Shown here one piece after another: positions 13,301-20,528 of a DNA stretch of 38,045 nt (position 1 is the stretch's first letter; each line of letters begins with the position of its first letter). Below the pieces are notes generated by a model that was not told the DNA's origin, ran no database searches, and saw only the letters and a program-made list of their open reading frames with translations. The stretch comes from an uncultured Planctomycetaceae bacterium (GTDB lineage: Bacteria > Planctomycetota > Planctomycetia > Planctomycetales > Planctomycetaceae). Location of the stretch: positions 1-38,045 of the forward strand of contig CAXBME010000046.1 in the NCBI GenBank assembly GCA_963976765.1, given 5' to 3'. Made by a program: the position numbers and the translations under genes.

Positions 13301-16300
13301 CAACACTCGACACATTGAACGAGTTCGCCGCACCGTCGCCGGAGAATGACACGGAATCCCGTGCGCCGTCGTCTCGCCCCGCGACATCGACACTGCTGCC
13401 GGTGGCAGTCGGATTATCGGAAATGCGGCCAAGCGACGCGTCGACGAGTGTCAACGTTGTTCCGGTCAGGTCCGGCACAATGATCGAGTCGGCGCCGCCT
13501 CGAGCGTAGATGGTCAGTTCTTCCGCGTTCACTGGCAACGTCAGCGTGGCACCGCCAGTCACGGCGAGTAAGACGTCGTCACCATCACGAGAGAGCGTGT
13601 ATGTCTCCGCCGTGTCGCGTCCGACAATGACGATCGTGTCTGTCCCGGCATCACCGTCGATCGTCACGTCATCGCCCTGTGCGACTTCAATCGTGATGGT
13701 GTCGTTGCCGTCGCCGCCACGCAGCAGGTCGGCACCGAACCCGCCAATCAGTTCGTCGTTGCCGGCTTCTCCCAACAGGATGTCGACACCGCTACCTCCG
13801 ACAAGCAGGTCATTACCAGCGCCACCCAGAAACGTCACCGGAGACGATGATTCGTTGACCATCTGATCGCTACCCGAGCCGCCGGAAATGTTAATCGTCA
13901 ACGGCGAAAACGAGCCGACGTTTTCAGTGATACGCAACTCATCATTGTTCGAACCGAAGTCGCCGCTGATGCTGACGATGTTGTCAAACACCTGCTGGCT
14001 GCCGAACGCCTGCACGCGCAGTTTCTCGCCCTTCAGAGTGCCCGGACCGAGCGAGGTGATGGTGTACTGTTCGGCTGCCTGACCTGGTTCCAGTCGGCGA
14101 AGGGAACCACGATCGCCCACGTTGAGAATCAGATTCGAGCTGATGAAGTCGGTCGTGATTTGTTTTTCGCCAAGAACCGGGAACGCTTCCGCACCTATAC
14201 GGAGATAGCCAACAGTAAAGCCGACGGACTTGCTGATCTTTGCGAGACCGACTCCAAAGCTGACTTCTGCCGAGACTCGGATGCGACCACTGTCCGTGTC
14301 GTAATCCACATCGACGTCAACACCGCCGACAGAACCCAGCGGAGTCCTTACACGACCACTGACGGAACCGCCGAAGTCCAGAAATCCAGTTTCATCTTTG
14401 ATCAGGAAAAAGTTGGCATCGGCACTGATCCCCAGGTCGTCAGTTCCCAGACTCAGCGACCCGCGAAAATCAACATCGACGAATCCGCGACTGTCATAAA
14501 CGCCGTTGGCGCGGAAGTTCGCAATGTTGAACAGGTCACCATCAAGATTGCCAGCCAGACGCAGGTACGATTCGCCCGTTACCGGGTCGCGGAACGCCGA
14601 TACTTTACCATCACCTTCCAGCGTAATGACTTCCAGCAGTTCGAGTTCCAGATCTTCGACACGAATCTCCGCGACGTTACGCAGCGTGTTGATTTCCAGA
14701 CGCAGCTTTGCTTTCGCTTCAAAGACGCCTGACTGTCCAAATTCAACGTCGAGTCCATCGTTCAACGCGCCACTGAGGTCGAAACCGACATCAACGCCGG
14801 TAGCAATAAGCGCTGTTTCATTGATTCGAACTTCAGCCAGATCGAAGAATTCGAGTCCTGCATCAACATTCAGTTTCAGATCGGTGCCTTCGGTGAAGAG
14901 TCGGAATTCACCGTTCAGTTCAAAGTCAAGAACATCCAGCGAACCGCGGACGAGAGCTTCGATCGACCGTGCTGCCAGATTACGACTGCTGGTCGTCCCG
15001 TCGGTCGCAATCAACGAAACCTGTTCGGTGGTGTTGGTTGTGTTGACGCCCAGAAAGACGTCGCCAGTGACGTCAACGCCGGGAATATCGAAATCGGCGT
15101 CCAGCGTGATCGCTCCGACGATGCCCGGTTCGCTGATTCGCAACTGCCCCTGAGCGTTCGCTGAAAGAATGTTTTCTGCCCCCGGCAGGGCAATACCGGC
15201 TCGAGCGTTGACGATCAGTTCCAATCCGCCGGTGACGGACGCGATGAAGCGGAAGTCGCCGGTCAGTTTGAACGATTCAAACAAGGTGATGACGGCATCG
15301 TCTGTTTCGTCCGCCGGGTTGCCACCCAGGGTGACGAAGAAGTAAGGCCCCGAAACAAACGTCTGACCGTCAAGCAACGGCGGTGGAGTGGCGGCGAGTG
15401 TGATGGTTCCGCCGGGCGCGATCGTCGTGGTTGGCAACGTCACGTCATCCATATCGACGTTCTCACGCCGGGCCTGAATAACGGCGAGTCGATCGCGCAG
15501 TCGTTCGGGTACTACATAAGTTTGCTCAAGTCCCGACGTGTTGAATTCGAGCGATGCCGGGCTACCGGTTGAAATCTCAAAGACTCCGGGCAGACCTCGC
15601 GCCGCGGTCAGGTCCAGTCGACCGGCTACTTTGGGAATCAACTGGGTCGGGCTGACGTCGCGGGCGACAAAAACACCCAGCGCATCCAGCGTCATCAGAG
15701 ACAGATTCTGTCCGGGCACGCGCACATCGACGTCCAGCCGCGCGCTCATGAACATATCGAAGTCGATGTTGTCGTCAAACGGGTTGTCAGGATCATTCTC
15801 GTCCAGTCGCACATTCATCGAGAACACGCCGTCAAAGATCAGGTCGGCTCCGAAGCCGAGCAGGTCCTTTGCCATCGTCAGTGAACCCTGAAGTTCGAAC
15901 GCCAGCGCTCCGGCTTCCAGCACGAAGGTTTCCAAAGCTCGGCCTGGCAGTAGCAGGTCAAGCGTTTGATCTTCATTCGTCGCGTTCAGGCCGAGCAGAA
16001 TTTCCGCGTCGGCTTGCAATCCCGCGTCGGCCAGGAATGACAAGCCCGGAGAATCGGATGTGAAGTCCAGCTTCAACACACCGTAGATCTCGACGTCGCC
16101 CGGATCGGCTCCTTCGGGCACATCAATGATCAGCCGCCCGGCCGCACTTACCAGATCGCCAGCCGGGATAATGCCTTCGATGCCGATACTGCCCTGCACG
16201 GCCAGCTCAATCCGGTCGCCACCGTCTGGACTGGCGCTGGCGATCAGCTCCAGACTGGCAAAACCGCCGGAGCCTCCACCATCACCACCAATCACAATCT

Positions 16301-19300
16301 TTGCGAAGTCCAACGCGGTAATTTCGCCTCGCCCCAGCACACGAAAGCGGAATGAGTCGATCGCGTCCTTGTTGTAGAGCGGGTTGACCGTGTTGCCTTC
16401 ATCGTCGAGAAACTCGAAGAACATGTCGCCCTGCAAACGGACGACGCGTGGCAGTCCCGACGATTCACCAGGAAAATCCCCCAGCATCACGAACCGCGGT
16501 GGCGCTTCGGAGTCTGCCCGAATAACACTGAGATCGGCGAAGAGAGTCAGGTCTGCGTTGAATTTTTCACCGACGTTGAACTTGCCGTTTAAGACGATGG
16601 CACCTTCAGTCGTCAACGCAATATCAACGTCGGCATTCAGTGACGACTCGCCGATGAACTGGCTGAACACCGAAGCTCCGGCTTCAACTCGCACGCTGGG
16701 CAGCAGCATGTCTTCGAATTTTCCGGTGTCGCCGTTGACCGTCAGAACGCCGGGCAGGTCGATATCGACTCCTGTCCCGGAGTAAAGCGTGACGAAGTAT
16801 TCGCGACCATCGTCCACGATCTTCCACTTGGTCGGTGTGTTGGTGGAATCGTCCCGTTTGAGAACTTCCACCGTGCCGGCGGTCGACATCCGGATTCCAC
16901 CCGCATTGAAGGCATCGACCAGCGGCTGAGTCACCGAGCCACCTTCGCCGAGTTCCTCTCGCAACGATTCGTCGATCTTGAACGTGGCTTCGGTCACTCG
17001 CAGTTTTCGACCACTCAATTCCCCAACGACTTCGACAATATATTCATTGCCTTTGAACGAGAGGCTCCACGAAGAGCCGACTTTCAATACCTTGACGGTT
17101 GGCCCTTGGGCCGCATCACTGATGGACAGTCCATTATTGGCAAATGAAGCGTCAAATCCGCCCTCTTTGTCGAACTGTCGTGCGTTGAGTTTCAGAATCG
17201 TTTCAGAAACGCCCGCCGGGTCCGAATAGTCAAAACGGTAACCGCTGTTCCCGGTGGCGAGGTTAGCAACCTGCTGTCGGGTTCGGTCACGCCAGACTTC
17301 AAATGGTAGATCGAGCGTCGGCTTGAACCGCGATTCAGCCAGGTCAGCAGGATTCGCTGGCGGAACGAGCGGGATGGCGTTGAAGGTGACACCACCTCGG
17401 AAGTTGTTGAAGGTCAGGCCGGTGAAAACAGGATCAACGGTGATTGGGATGCCGGCGCTGAAGTAAACGCCCAGTGGTCCGAGTTCCGAAAACGCCACGC
17501 GAATTTCAGTCTCACCGAGATTTGGAAACGCGAACGATCCCTGCAGCCCAAGATAAAACACTGACTCAGCAAAGTTCGAACCCGTCGTCACGATGCCTTC
17601 TTCATCGAGTTTGATGACGCCGCCAAACAGGCCACCACTGATCTCACCACCAAAGAATTGCCCAGATGCCGAAACGGAGATTTCATCAACCGCGACAACC
17701 GGAAACTCGCCATTGGCCAGCCGCAATGGCTCGATTGTCAGACCTTTGATCGACCCTTCCACGGCAGCGATCCCGCCCGGCAGCATCCCTCCGACCGAAC
17801 CGGAGATCACAATCTGAAAATCTTCCGGAGCCGAGTTGAAATCCGGCCATTGCAACGTCACTTCGTCGAGACTTAAAGGGAGTACGTCGACCCAGCCGAA
17901 GTCCGTAGCTGACGTTGCACCAACTGAAAACGATGCACCAAAGTTGTTTAACGCCTTGAAGTCACCATCGCCTTCGATGGCGAAACGGTTGAGTGAGCCA
18001 CCAATCTGAACTCCAGCGACAGACAGATCGATCGAAACCGCACCGGCCACTCGCAGGAATTCTTCGTTTCCAGTCGCCGTCGGTACAAACGTCGTGTCGG
18101 TTGTGCTGACGGTCAGGTACTCGCCGAGCTGACCTGTCAGGCGGTTCGCTGAAAATTTGACATCGTCGATGCCGAAATCGCTGTTGAAGGTGATGCCCGC
18201 TTTGACGTTTTCTCCAGTCAATGACCACGGCGCGTCGTCTCCCAGCGGACGGACTTCGATCAGCGCCGCACCAATCGCCAGCCCACCAACGGAAACGCCG
18301 GTGTCGATCGATACTGCAAAGTCGCTGACTTCGATGAACGGGTTCTTCACCGTCAGAATATCAGAGACCTGAATCGTCTCGTTCAATGTGACGCGCGTCT
18401 GGCCGAATGCAAAACCGTCCCCGCGCACAAGCAGAGCCGGGTTGCTGTTTGTTGAAACAGCCTGCCCGCTGAGTTTGAGCGGTGGCACGGCGACCGTCAG
18501 CACGCTGGCTCGGATGATCTCCTGATCAAATCCGAGTTGTGGATCGAAGTTGAGATCCACATTGCTTGCCGAAGCTTCAAGGATGTCGGGAACGTCCAGC
18601 GTGACCGACGACGCCGTCAATGAGAATGCGCCCGGCAGCACCAGGTCGATCAAACCGGAACTTGAACTCACATTGCCGCGTATCTGGAGTTCGCCTTCCG
18701 CGCCCTTTGCGACGAGTGTCAGCGGTTTGGCTTCATCAGTGGTTTCATCTGACGAATCGTCCCCTATCGTTGTGTCGTCGCCCCCCGAGCCGGTCGTCGT
18801 GTCGTCCCCTCCTGACCCGGTTGTCGTGTCCGTACCGCCTGAGCCGGTCGTTGTATCGTCACCTCCAGACCCGGTTGTCGTGTCCGTACCGCCTGAGCCG
18901 GTCGTTGTATCGTCTCCTCCAGACCCGGTTGTCGTGTCCGTACCGCCTGAGCCAGTCGTTGTGTCGTCACCGCCCGAGCCATCCATTGTGTCGTCCATTG
19001 ACTCCGCTTCGCTCGGCTTCCGCTTGAACGAGAGACTGGCTTCTTTGGCTTTCAAGCCGGCTCCGACGGTCAGTTCGTCACCGATCAGACTGAACGTTGG
19101 GAACGTCACACTGACCTTACTCAGCGAAAGTGGCCCGAGGTTTGCTTTCAGCAGGACGAACTCACCAGCCTCACCGGTTTCCGAATCCGGTTCCGTATCG
19201 AGGTTGCCTGTCGGGAGGAGCGAGAATCCGCTGACCACGAAACTGCCGGACGCCATCTCGAAGGCAGGCAGCCCACTCTCGGCGTCTTCGCCCAGCGAGA

Positions 19301-20183
19301 AAGTCGCCGTCGCGCTGGCAAGGCTCACGGCATCGACGTCGCCAGCAGACAAGGTTGCTTTCACATCCCCGGCGGCGATGTTGAGATTCCCGTCGCCGTT
19401 CTCGGTCACCGTAAAATCGGCGGATGTGCTGACGACTCTGCCAATGGCTGAGTCGACATGAAACACAGCAGCCCCCTGAAGCTGATGAACGCCGCCAGTA
19501 GCGAAGGAAATCGTCTGCGTTCCGAATGGCGCGTCGACCGAAAGATCAACGGCATCATCAGTCGTATTAATCTGGAAGTCGAACCCAAATGCCGAATCCA
19601 GCTCCAGTCCCGCCAGCCCGAACACCGCGATGCCGTCACCGTCGGAAACATCTTCCGCCGTGATCTGCCCGGCCAGTCCTGACGTCAGCAGTGCGAACAC
19701 TCCGTCAGCATCGGACAGCTCGATTCCGACCGGACCGCCGAACTGAATTCCAGCATCCACCGCGATGATCGATACACCGTTGCCTGAATCAAATTCATCG
19801 AGCGTGAATGTTCCGGTGATCGTTCGGCCATCGACCGACAGACTGGCGTCGACGGTCGTCGGCACAGCCGCTCCATCCGCCGCCGAAAAGAACGTCGCGA
19901 GCGCCAGATCGTCCGAACTGTCAAACCCGCGAAACTCGACATCGGCATCACCTGCCGTATCAACCCTCACAAACGGATCAGCCCCACCGTTGATGTCGAC
20001 CGTCAATCCGCCCGTCAGTAACGTGCGTTCTTCCAGAGTTTCTGAATGCCGCCTCATCCGGCGATGAAGAATTGGATTTTTGATGCGTGCTCGCTGCCGA
20101 CTTCGGCGGCTTCCGTAACGTCTTGACCAGGCCAGTACGGAAGAAATGCGCGCAGCGAAGGACTCGATAGAACGAAAAAGCAT
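1341..20183 (-). CDS. Giant (6280 aa) secreted/surface adhesin-like protein: planctomycete export leader, long beta-rich region, RTX-type Ca-binding repeats, lactonase-like beta-propellers, multiple PKD/Ig domains, 2x Calx-beta, 2x malectin
   Basis: Uninterrupted 18.8-kb ORF with an Arg-rich leader ending ETLEERTLLT. It has GGxGxDxL nonapeptides (~13695-13830), SPDGRFLY-type propeller blades, repeated (V/I)DWGDG...H(T/S)Y PKD motifs, Calx-beta (FAPGETSKTVTV...EPDEDFSL) and malectin (RINxGG...LYFAEIY...RVFDVSI). Confidence 0.93.
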   Translation of the reverse strand: MLFRSIESFAARISSVLAWSRRYGSRRSRQRARIKNPILHRRMRRHSETLEERTLLTGGLTVDINGGADPFVRVDTAGDADVEFRGFDSSDDLALATFFSAADGAAVPTTVDASLSVDGRTITGTFTLDEFDSGNGVSIIAVDAGIQFGGPVGIELSDADGVFALLTSGLAGQITAEDVSDGDGIAVFGLAGLELDSAFGFDFQINTTDDAVDLSVDAPFGTQTISFATGGVHQLQGAAVFHVDSAIGRVVSTSADFTVTENGDGNLNIAAGDVKATLSAGDVDAVSLASATATFSLGEDAESGLPAFEMASGSFVVSGFSLLPTGNLDTEPDSETGEAGEFVLLKANLGPLSLSKVSVTFPTFSLIGDELTVGAGLKAKEASLSFKRKPSEAESMDDTMDGSGGDDTTTGSGGTDTTTGSGGDDTTTGSGGTDTTTGSGGDDTTTGSGGTDTTTGSGGDDTTTGSGGDDTTIGDDSSDETTDEAKPLTLVAKGAEGELQIRGNVSSSSGLIDLVLPGAFSLTASSVTLDVPDILEASASNVDLNFDPQLGFDQEIIRASVLTVAVPPLKLSGQAVSTNSNPALLVRGDGFAFGQTRVTLNETIQVSDILTVKNPFIEVSDFAVSIDTGVSVGGLAIGAALIEVRPLGDDAPWSLTGENVKAGITFNSDFGIDDVKFSANRLTGQLGEYLTVSTTDTTFVPTATGNEEFLRVAGAVSIDLSVAGVQIGGSLNRFAIEGDGDFKALNNFGASFSVGATSATDFGWVDVLPLSLDEVTLQWPDFNSAPEDFQIVISGSVGGMLPGGIAAVEGSIKGLTIEPLRLANGEFPVVAVDEISVSASGQFFGGEISGGLFGGVIKLDEEGIVTTGSNFAESVFYLGLQGSFAFPNLGETEIRVAFSELGPLGVYFSAGIPITVDPVFTGLTFNNFRGGVTFNAIPLVPPANPADLAESRFKPTLDLPFEVWRDRTRQQVANLATGNSGYRFDYSDPAGVSETILKLNARQFDKEGGFDASFANNGLSISDAAQGPTVKVLKVGSSWSLSFKGNEYIVEVVGELSGRKLRVTEATFKIDESLREELGEGGSVTQPLVDAFNAGGIRMSTAGTVEVLKRDDSTNTPTKWKIVDDGREYFVTLYSGTGVDIDLPGVLTVNGDTGKFEDMLLPSVRVEAGASVFSQFIGESSLNADVDIALTTEGAIVLNGKFNVGEKFNADLTLFADLSVIRADSEAPPRFVMLGDFPGESSGLPRVVRLQGDMFFEFLDDEGNTVNPLYNKDAIDSFRFRVLGRGEITALDFAKIVIGGDGGGSGGFASLELIASASPDGGDRIELAVQGSIGIEGIIPAGDLVSAAGRLIIDVPEGADPGDVEIYGVLKLDFTSDSPGLSFLADAGLQADAEILLGLNATNEDQTLDLLLPGRALETFVLEAGALAFELQGSLTMAKDLLGFGADLIFDGVFSMNVRLDENDPDNPFDDNIDFDMFMSARLDVDVRVPGQNLSLMTLDALGVFVARDVSPTQLIPKVAGRLDLTAARGLPGVFEISTGSPASLEFNTSGLEQTYVVPERLRDRLAVIQARRENVDMDDVTLPTTTIAPGGTITLAATPPPLLDGQTFVSGPYFFVTLGGNPADETDDAVITLFESFKLTGDFRFIASVTGGLELIVNARAGIALPGAENILSANAQGQLRISEPGIVGAITLDADFDIPGVDVTGDVFLGVNTTNTTEQVSLIATDGTTSSRNLAARSIEALVRGSLDVLDFELNGEFRLFTEGTDLKLNVDAGLEFFDLAEVRINETALIATGVDVGFDLSGALNDGLDVEFGQSGVFEAKAKLRLEINTLRNVAEIRVEDLELELLEVITLEGDGKVSAFRDPVTGESYLRLAGNLDGDLFNIANFRANGVYDSRGFVDVDFRGSLSLGTDDLGISADANFFLIKDETGFLDFGGSVSGRVRTPLGSVGGVDVDVDYDTDSGRIRVSAEVSFGVGLAKISKSVGFTVGYLRIGAEAFPVLGEKQITTDFISSNLILNVGDRGSLRRLEPGQAAEQYTITSLGPGTLKGEKLRVQAFGSQQVFDNIVSISGDFGSNNDELRITENVGSFSPLTINISGGSGSDQMVNESSSPVTFLGGAGNDLLVGGSGVDILLGEAGNDELIGGFGADLLRGGDGNDTITIEVAQGDDVTIDGDAGTDTIVIVGRDTAETYTLSRDGDDVLLAVTGGATLTLPVNAEELTIYARGGADSIIVPDLTGTTLTLVDASLGRISDNPTATGSSVDVAGRDDGARDSVSFSGDGAANSFNVSSVGDIVKVTREDGFRLELRDQTTGVDILRLHGGSGSDQFVIDGPMDGTGTAPGERLDIRLSGQDGDDLFMLPVGAATFNGDGGTDTALFRFADGDATDVRLTSSRITAGGLSSQTGGRVENVSIDSDIATDIVVQSTTTTTTSFTLNGGGTVDVQSTSGQIDLTLGGTSDLTTDVTLGSTGAPVNVIGGGSIDTVRVGTGLTNQIGGEVTVTGTDAVIYDNSDDGQSRAISVTGSTVNGLGNSVGFTHVGVGRIEVLLGSGDDTATFPIISSGISIDAGAGEDSVTGTLTGAPTTINPIDPTVASMTARNAELVTFLNDGNNDATNWQLDTGTDSGLLTADGVLVLDVADAVDLTATLGEADGNTLQLLRVNQELTLTLRGDNNAVTVGGTFNGTLATLDDIDRDVNFVTTGSGNTLTFDDSNGIGNDRQRDFVPGSVTGPDAGGTFSYDPAAFSAVDIQLGSANDRATIIGDATWRSVSGGEGNDSFNLTGDFGSVSVNGDAGRDVLTLSDGSGNVHFAGGEGVEDAAISDRSTVQTALTGNSFVSGVTAGEATLTVSGTPVLTLDTSDVENVTALLGAGNDDLLVNNLAFAVNFVANLGNGDDDVTIEAVTGPENSHFIDGRGGSDSVTIEIPGTPTSGQFLPLSLIADELILNNQTGTTDVDWIVSGANISANGNVLLSSDGVSNVLIQAGTGSNDSLSVTGTAASNRVQATIDSDRVRMVDGTGQFPLDTTVNNLQVTGELTGLTGVNSLVVSSSKSQPDYPEAVYAATDNGIVVLERTDQGLSPTQVFQADYLNDPEVLLYTRHTAADRGGAGALYVQARNANNVPVLLVFNPQLTADLPTLTLRQTIELDAPLIHLGATPNDRGQNVLASVPLHVFGVSSVTGTDTAFYYWSREEFSGRLTQDNGQSRNGNTFSNAVAAASNTKRAYIALSSGAIHKIDRDSRDSFGGGETFGGLTFNSAFTSADTDELAAVSSITHLIEGANNRLYATTSDGRLLTIRLNTSTSTYSIDSTLTDGVDGVSGLSSATSLIRSGNNLLITSDVAGDDNDAITRFELDGSDHPVFMEQLTDSPTTTLAGTSAVRVGPNGTGLYVASFDENAVTQIDFTGGMFGSITDTIQEGDEFSQEVPGIVDFATSPDGRFLYGVHSELFNSAPLASDILVVYDRQTGETSGAINGVTPLTLNDPDSIVASPVAPFVVVQSGDELVIFEQVGEELELRQQFSSAATVDLQDIAFAPDGTLYTLTSGGSSESGVPSSVSRLTLDEDGRPTVVQTRNFTFDHDFFSGDGFIFADAKSVIVSSPLAAEMHIFDADLSIAMPLQTIPLPTVGILEDDVFRFDVASFEDSIFVSTASNLEVASVSPDSEVLRVFQREADSTLTLAQTVTAAETGELGTLIGIAVRSDGTQVFAPSTGEDAIAVFSRDADTGLLTFQQSITQGRGGIRGLIEPVGVQVVGDELIIGTDQLLEEVDPFFEGVTPRLRTGGFTVIDLAPAGTPAQVELVTRFTGIEDLTVVTGDAEDQVSLRNAPVIPVSIQTGSGNDLVNLLDIDGSASVTVETGDGEDTINVNLDAALSSTGTLTISPQAGSDLVNVQSVGTASMTEIDVSGDAGTGDLIVTVEEGLPTAAMVNVTGDVATGTGIPDVLVFAGENGTVNPPGGSLPPDHLGTINAGAGVVSFEGFISNTSDPLQQVFLKTPPRPSINAFDAIDEGETLSLTAVDAANVANSFAWDLNGDGDFSDAFGASLSIPWVELFGLGVNDDGTYPIAVRAANNLDLVAFGQGTFAVSTDAVATLTVENVLPSIELRGEPSVDLGQPYELTIRVTDPGNDRVQQVTVDWGDGNIEQLGSQTTQATHTYLTVGDFSPEVTVIDEDGSASENFVLLPDSFFDHADPIEVRPSADGVSATGPYSVLEGDSVTLNATAIGTPVRFDWDLDGGGIDATSTDGILTLTWSELETLIAANGDQTFANVTVTAVYEDAGGTEFPVTSAATTLTITDVAPRGNLQLSTPSINEGSGTGAATLIVDGITDPSSLDLAGPYTVTYRIDGFTLPIDSQNRDPSVPYALPAEVFAGSGTLEILADLTGGGGTTTLSTGLAVLDILPTVTVTPSVSAVNEAESVMLTFTATDPGNDTVDSWVIDWGDGSALETFSGGVSSASHSYLDGNADFTIDVTAVGSEGSVTESLDITVNDVAPSVQLSTTSTGLLEGDPATPLTINLAITDPGLDTVSRFTIDWGDGTVETLPGTATTATHTYADSGVFNVSVTDVLNGDGSFENPSNTLTVTVGDVGPTIVDAALLIPQTGREGAAIFLQADAFGTQTGADPLTFNWLIERPDSSTFTLTGTVTPFAPAAGSGLSVARAFQGAAGFTPADNGTYIVTLTVTDDDGTSSSRMANIVVANVAPTIQTFVVPASGTEGQSVALSATASDPAGSADPLTFNWTVTHVATGDVLNLTGASTSFVPRGGNYSVRLNATDGDGGTATRTGLLSVAAVAPSLTTATLSVPSTAVEGETVSFNVAATDGDGTSNGLTFRWTVLAPNGTATILTGANPNFTFRDNGNYIVRVKVTDNEGLAVTSESQTVSVSNVAPQIQTVNVPASGVEDSGVTLTATASDAAGSRDPLSFIWTVTAPSGAIFEPGGPMATYIPREPGTHLVSLTVEDDDGGSTTASAGSLVVTATPPAVVSIERLTGAANPTSAGFVAFNVTFSEDVAFSADPSGVSRGDFVVDSTGLTGTAVTGLAGREGFGTVFTVTVATGSLLPGFAEGTLSIDFLADADSGVTDAGGNVTPSDFTDGQSYTIDKPAEVLSIERVGDERSNAASVDFLVTFSEPVTEVGVGDFVIDAESVSGATISNVSGTGSTRTVTVSTGSLNGELSIDFDPTADGSVLDSGGNLTTQEFSAGQSYLVDRRLPSPRISSPIEGPIESESFSVLFDFGEPVDGFGSEDPIIENGMVTGVTDNGDGTFEVEVTSTNAGEVTINLAAGAASDLSGNSSRGAAGLSLTVETLSVRVDGPSSKVDEGDDAVFVVSLSDVPDAPVSVLLSLDGGTATVAGDGTTGDFDPIAVPGLAVVVTFAPGETSKTVTVSTNQDGVNEPDEDFSLSIIGVNGATIEDGNDAAVAVIVGSELQIAPIADQRIAPGSGSVDLIVATASSEDAQATLSVGDLPSFVGFVDNGDGTGTFTFSPTDEDVESSRTITLTATDSNGSLSETFNVEVVDGETALPTPPLVRINSGGGAVGNFSGDQSFNTGSTFSTRATIDTSSVPEDVPVSIFQTTRYDTRGGSELQYSIPTGPGNFQVNLYFAEIYGPTSRIGARVFDVSIEGNLELDNFDVFATAGAANKAIVESFNVTSDGTIDILFGHVVENPDVMGIEIIDLNEIVNAGPALETINKVSVTAGNSTTIAVSASDSDGDSITLSADGLPEFVSFTDNGNGTGSFTVNSTSDDAGEHVITVLAESGEQPLTNSTSFLLTVDAVAEGGGGQAAPEFGGSVENGGTVTATNGVRIDGPSDPVTEGDDAVFTVSLDAPATDDVIVTLSVDDGSATVTDGDFLPLATAGVAPAIVFSSGEQSKLVSIKTLADQEGELDETFSVSLVSALGATIDDGHSSTTATIKGGSLAVSPIDDQTIAAGTGPVDLTFSSISSDGLPAMLSVNGLPNFASFTDNGDGTATLVFNPTESDVSNVSTIGITATDSNGSVMETFELNVVETEIVEQATSIIRINAGGEAIAGPAGNGDGAGNRDFSADSFANTGSRFSTAAAIDLSDPSLPENTPAALFQTTRWDPPGGAELNYSIPTGTGEFEVILYFAEIYGPTSRVGGRVFDVSINGQTVLENFDVFSEAGAANKAIARRFDVVSDGTLNIDFGHVVENPNIMAIEIIDRNPIPNVGPVVAPVSDQSVDEDGTLNIPVSAFDNDGDEIMLSILGLPEFASFTDNGDGTGSIAVNPSDGDDGDFLVSVNAESGEQGLTDGTALRISVADTLDSPEQG
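1344..4280 (-). repeat. Tandem duplication of a Calx-beta / Ig / malectin / Ig module at the giant protein C-terminus (copies ~2881-4280 and ~1344-2800)
   Basis: Both copies start V-R-(V/I)-DGPS..V.EGDDAVF and share LYFAEIYGPTSR.G.RVFDVSI, FGHVVENP and LP.F..F.DNG.GT motifs. Confidence 0.85.
18765..18980 (-). repeat. Coding tandem repeat, 8 x 27 bp, encoding GSGG(D/T)DTTT; mostly alternating 54-bp dimer
   Basis: Counted directly in DNA and in the translation. Confidence 0.95.
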
Positions 20184-20236
20184 GAATTCCCCCCGGAATG
20201 TATCGATAAATTACCGGATAGCCGGTATGCGAGGAG

Positions 20237-20264
20237 ATGCGAGATTCCGCTTAGAAAGCGCTCA
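20237..20264 (-). promoter_or_regulatory. Putative ECF promoter TGAGCG-N17-CGCAT upstream of the giant gene
   Basis: Minus strand reads TGAGCG ctttctaagcggaatct CGCAT, 53 bp before the ATG at 20183. The same boxes and spacing recur at 21161-21188. Confidence 0.7.
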
Positions 20265-20493
20265 GGAATTCGTCGCAGATTCGCCAGAATGCCAGAAGTT
20301 GCCTCGCGAAACTGAATCGCGACTGCCGATGCAGCCCATCGGCGTCAGCAGATTCTTAAGAGTTCCTCGGAACGAATGACTACTTTGCAGGCCCGGCGGG
20401 ACGATCTTCGGTTATTGTAGATTCAGCGGCCGCTCCAGCATGCTGACGTGGCTTTCAGGCTTTGCCAGAGCAGGCCGCATATTTCCAGGCAGG

Positions 20494-20522
20494 ATGACCT
20501 TAGGGTCGGACGACGGTAAGAT
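20494..20522 (+). promoter_or_regulatory. Putative sigma70-type promoter (ATGACC-N17-TAAGAT) for a leaderless ECF mRNA
   Basis: TAAGAT lies 6 nt before ATG 20529, with no Shine-Dalgarno sequence. The second ECF shows the same geometry. Confidence 0.4.
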
Positions 20523-20528
20523 TTGGCC

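Noticed and set aside
18765..18980. Possible CRISPR array
   Set aside because: Contiguous in-frame repeats with no spacers and no cas genes.
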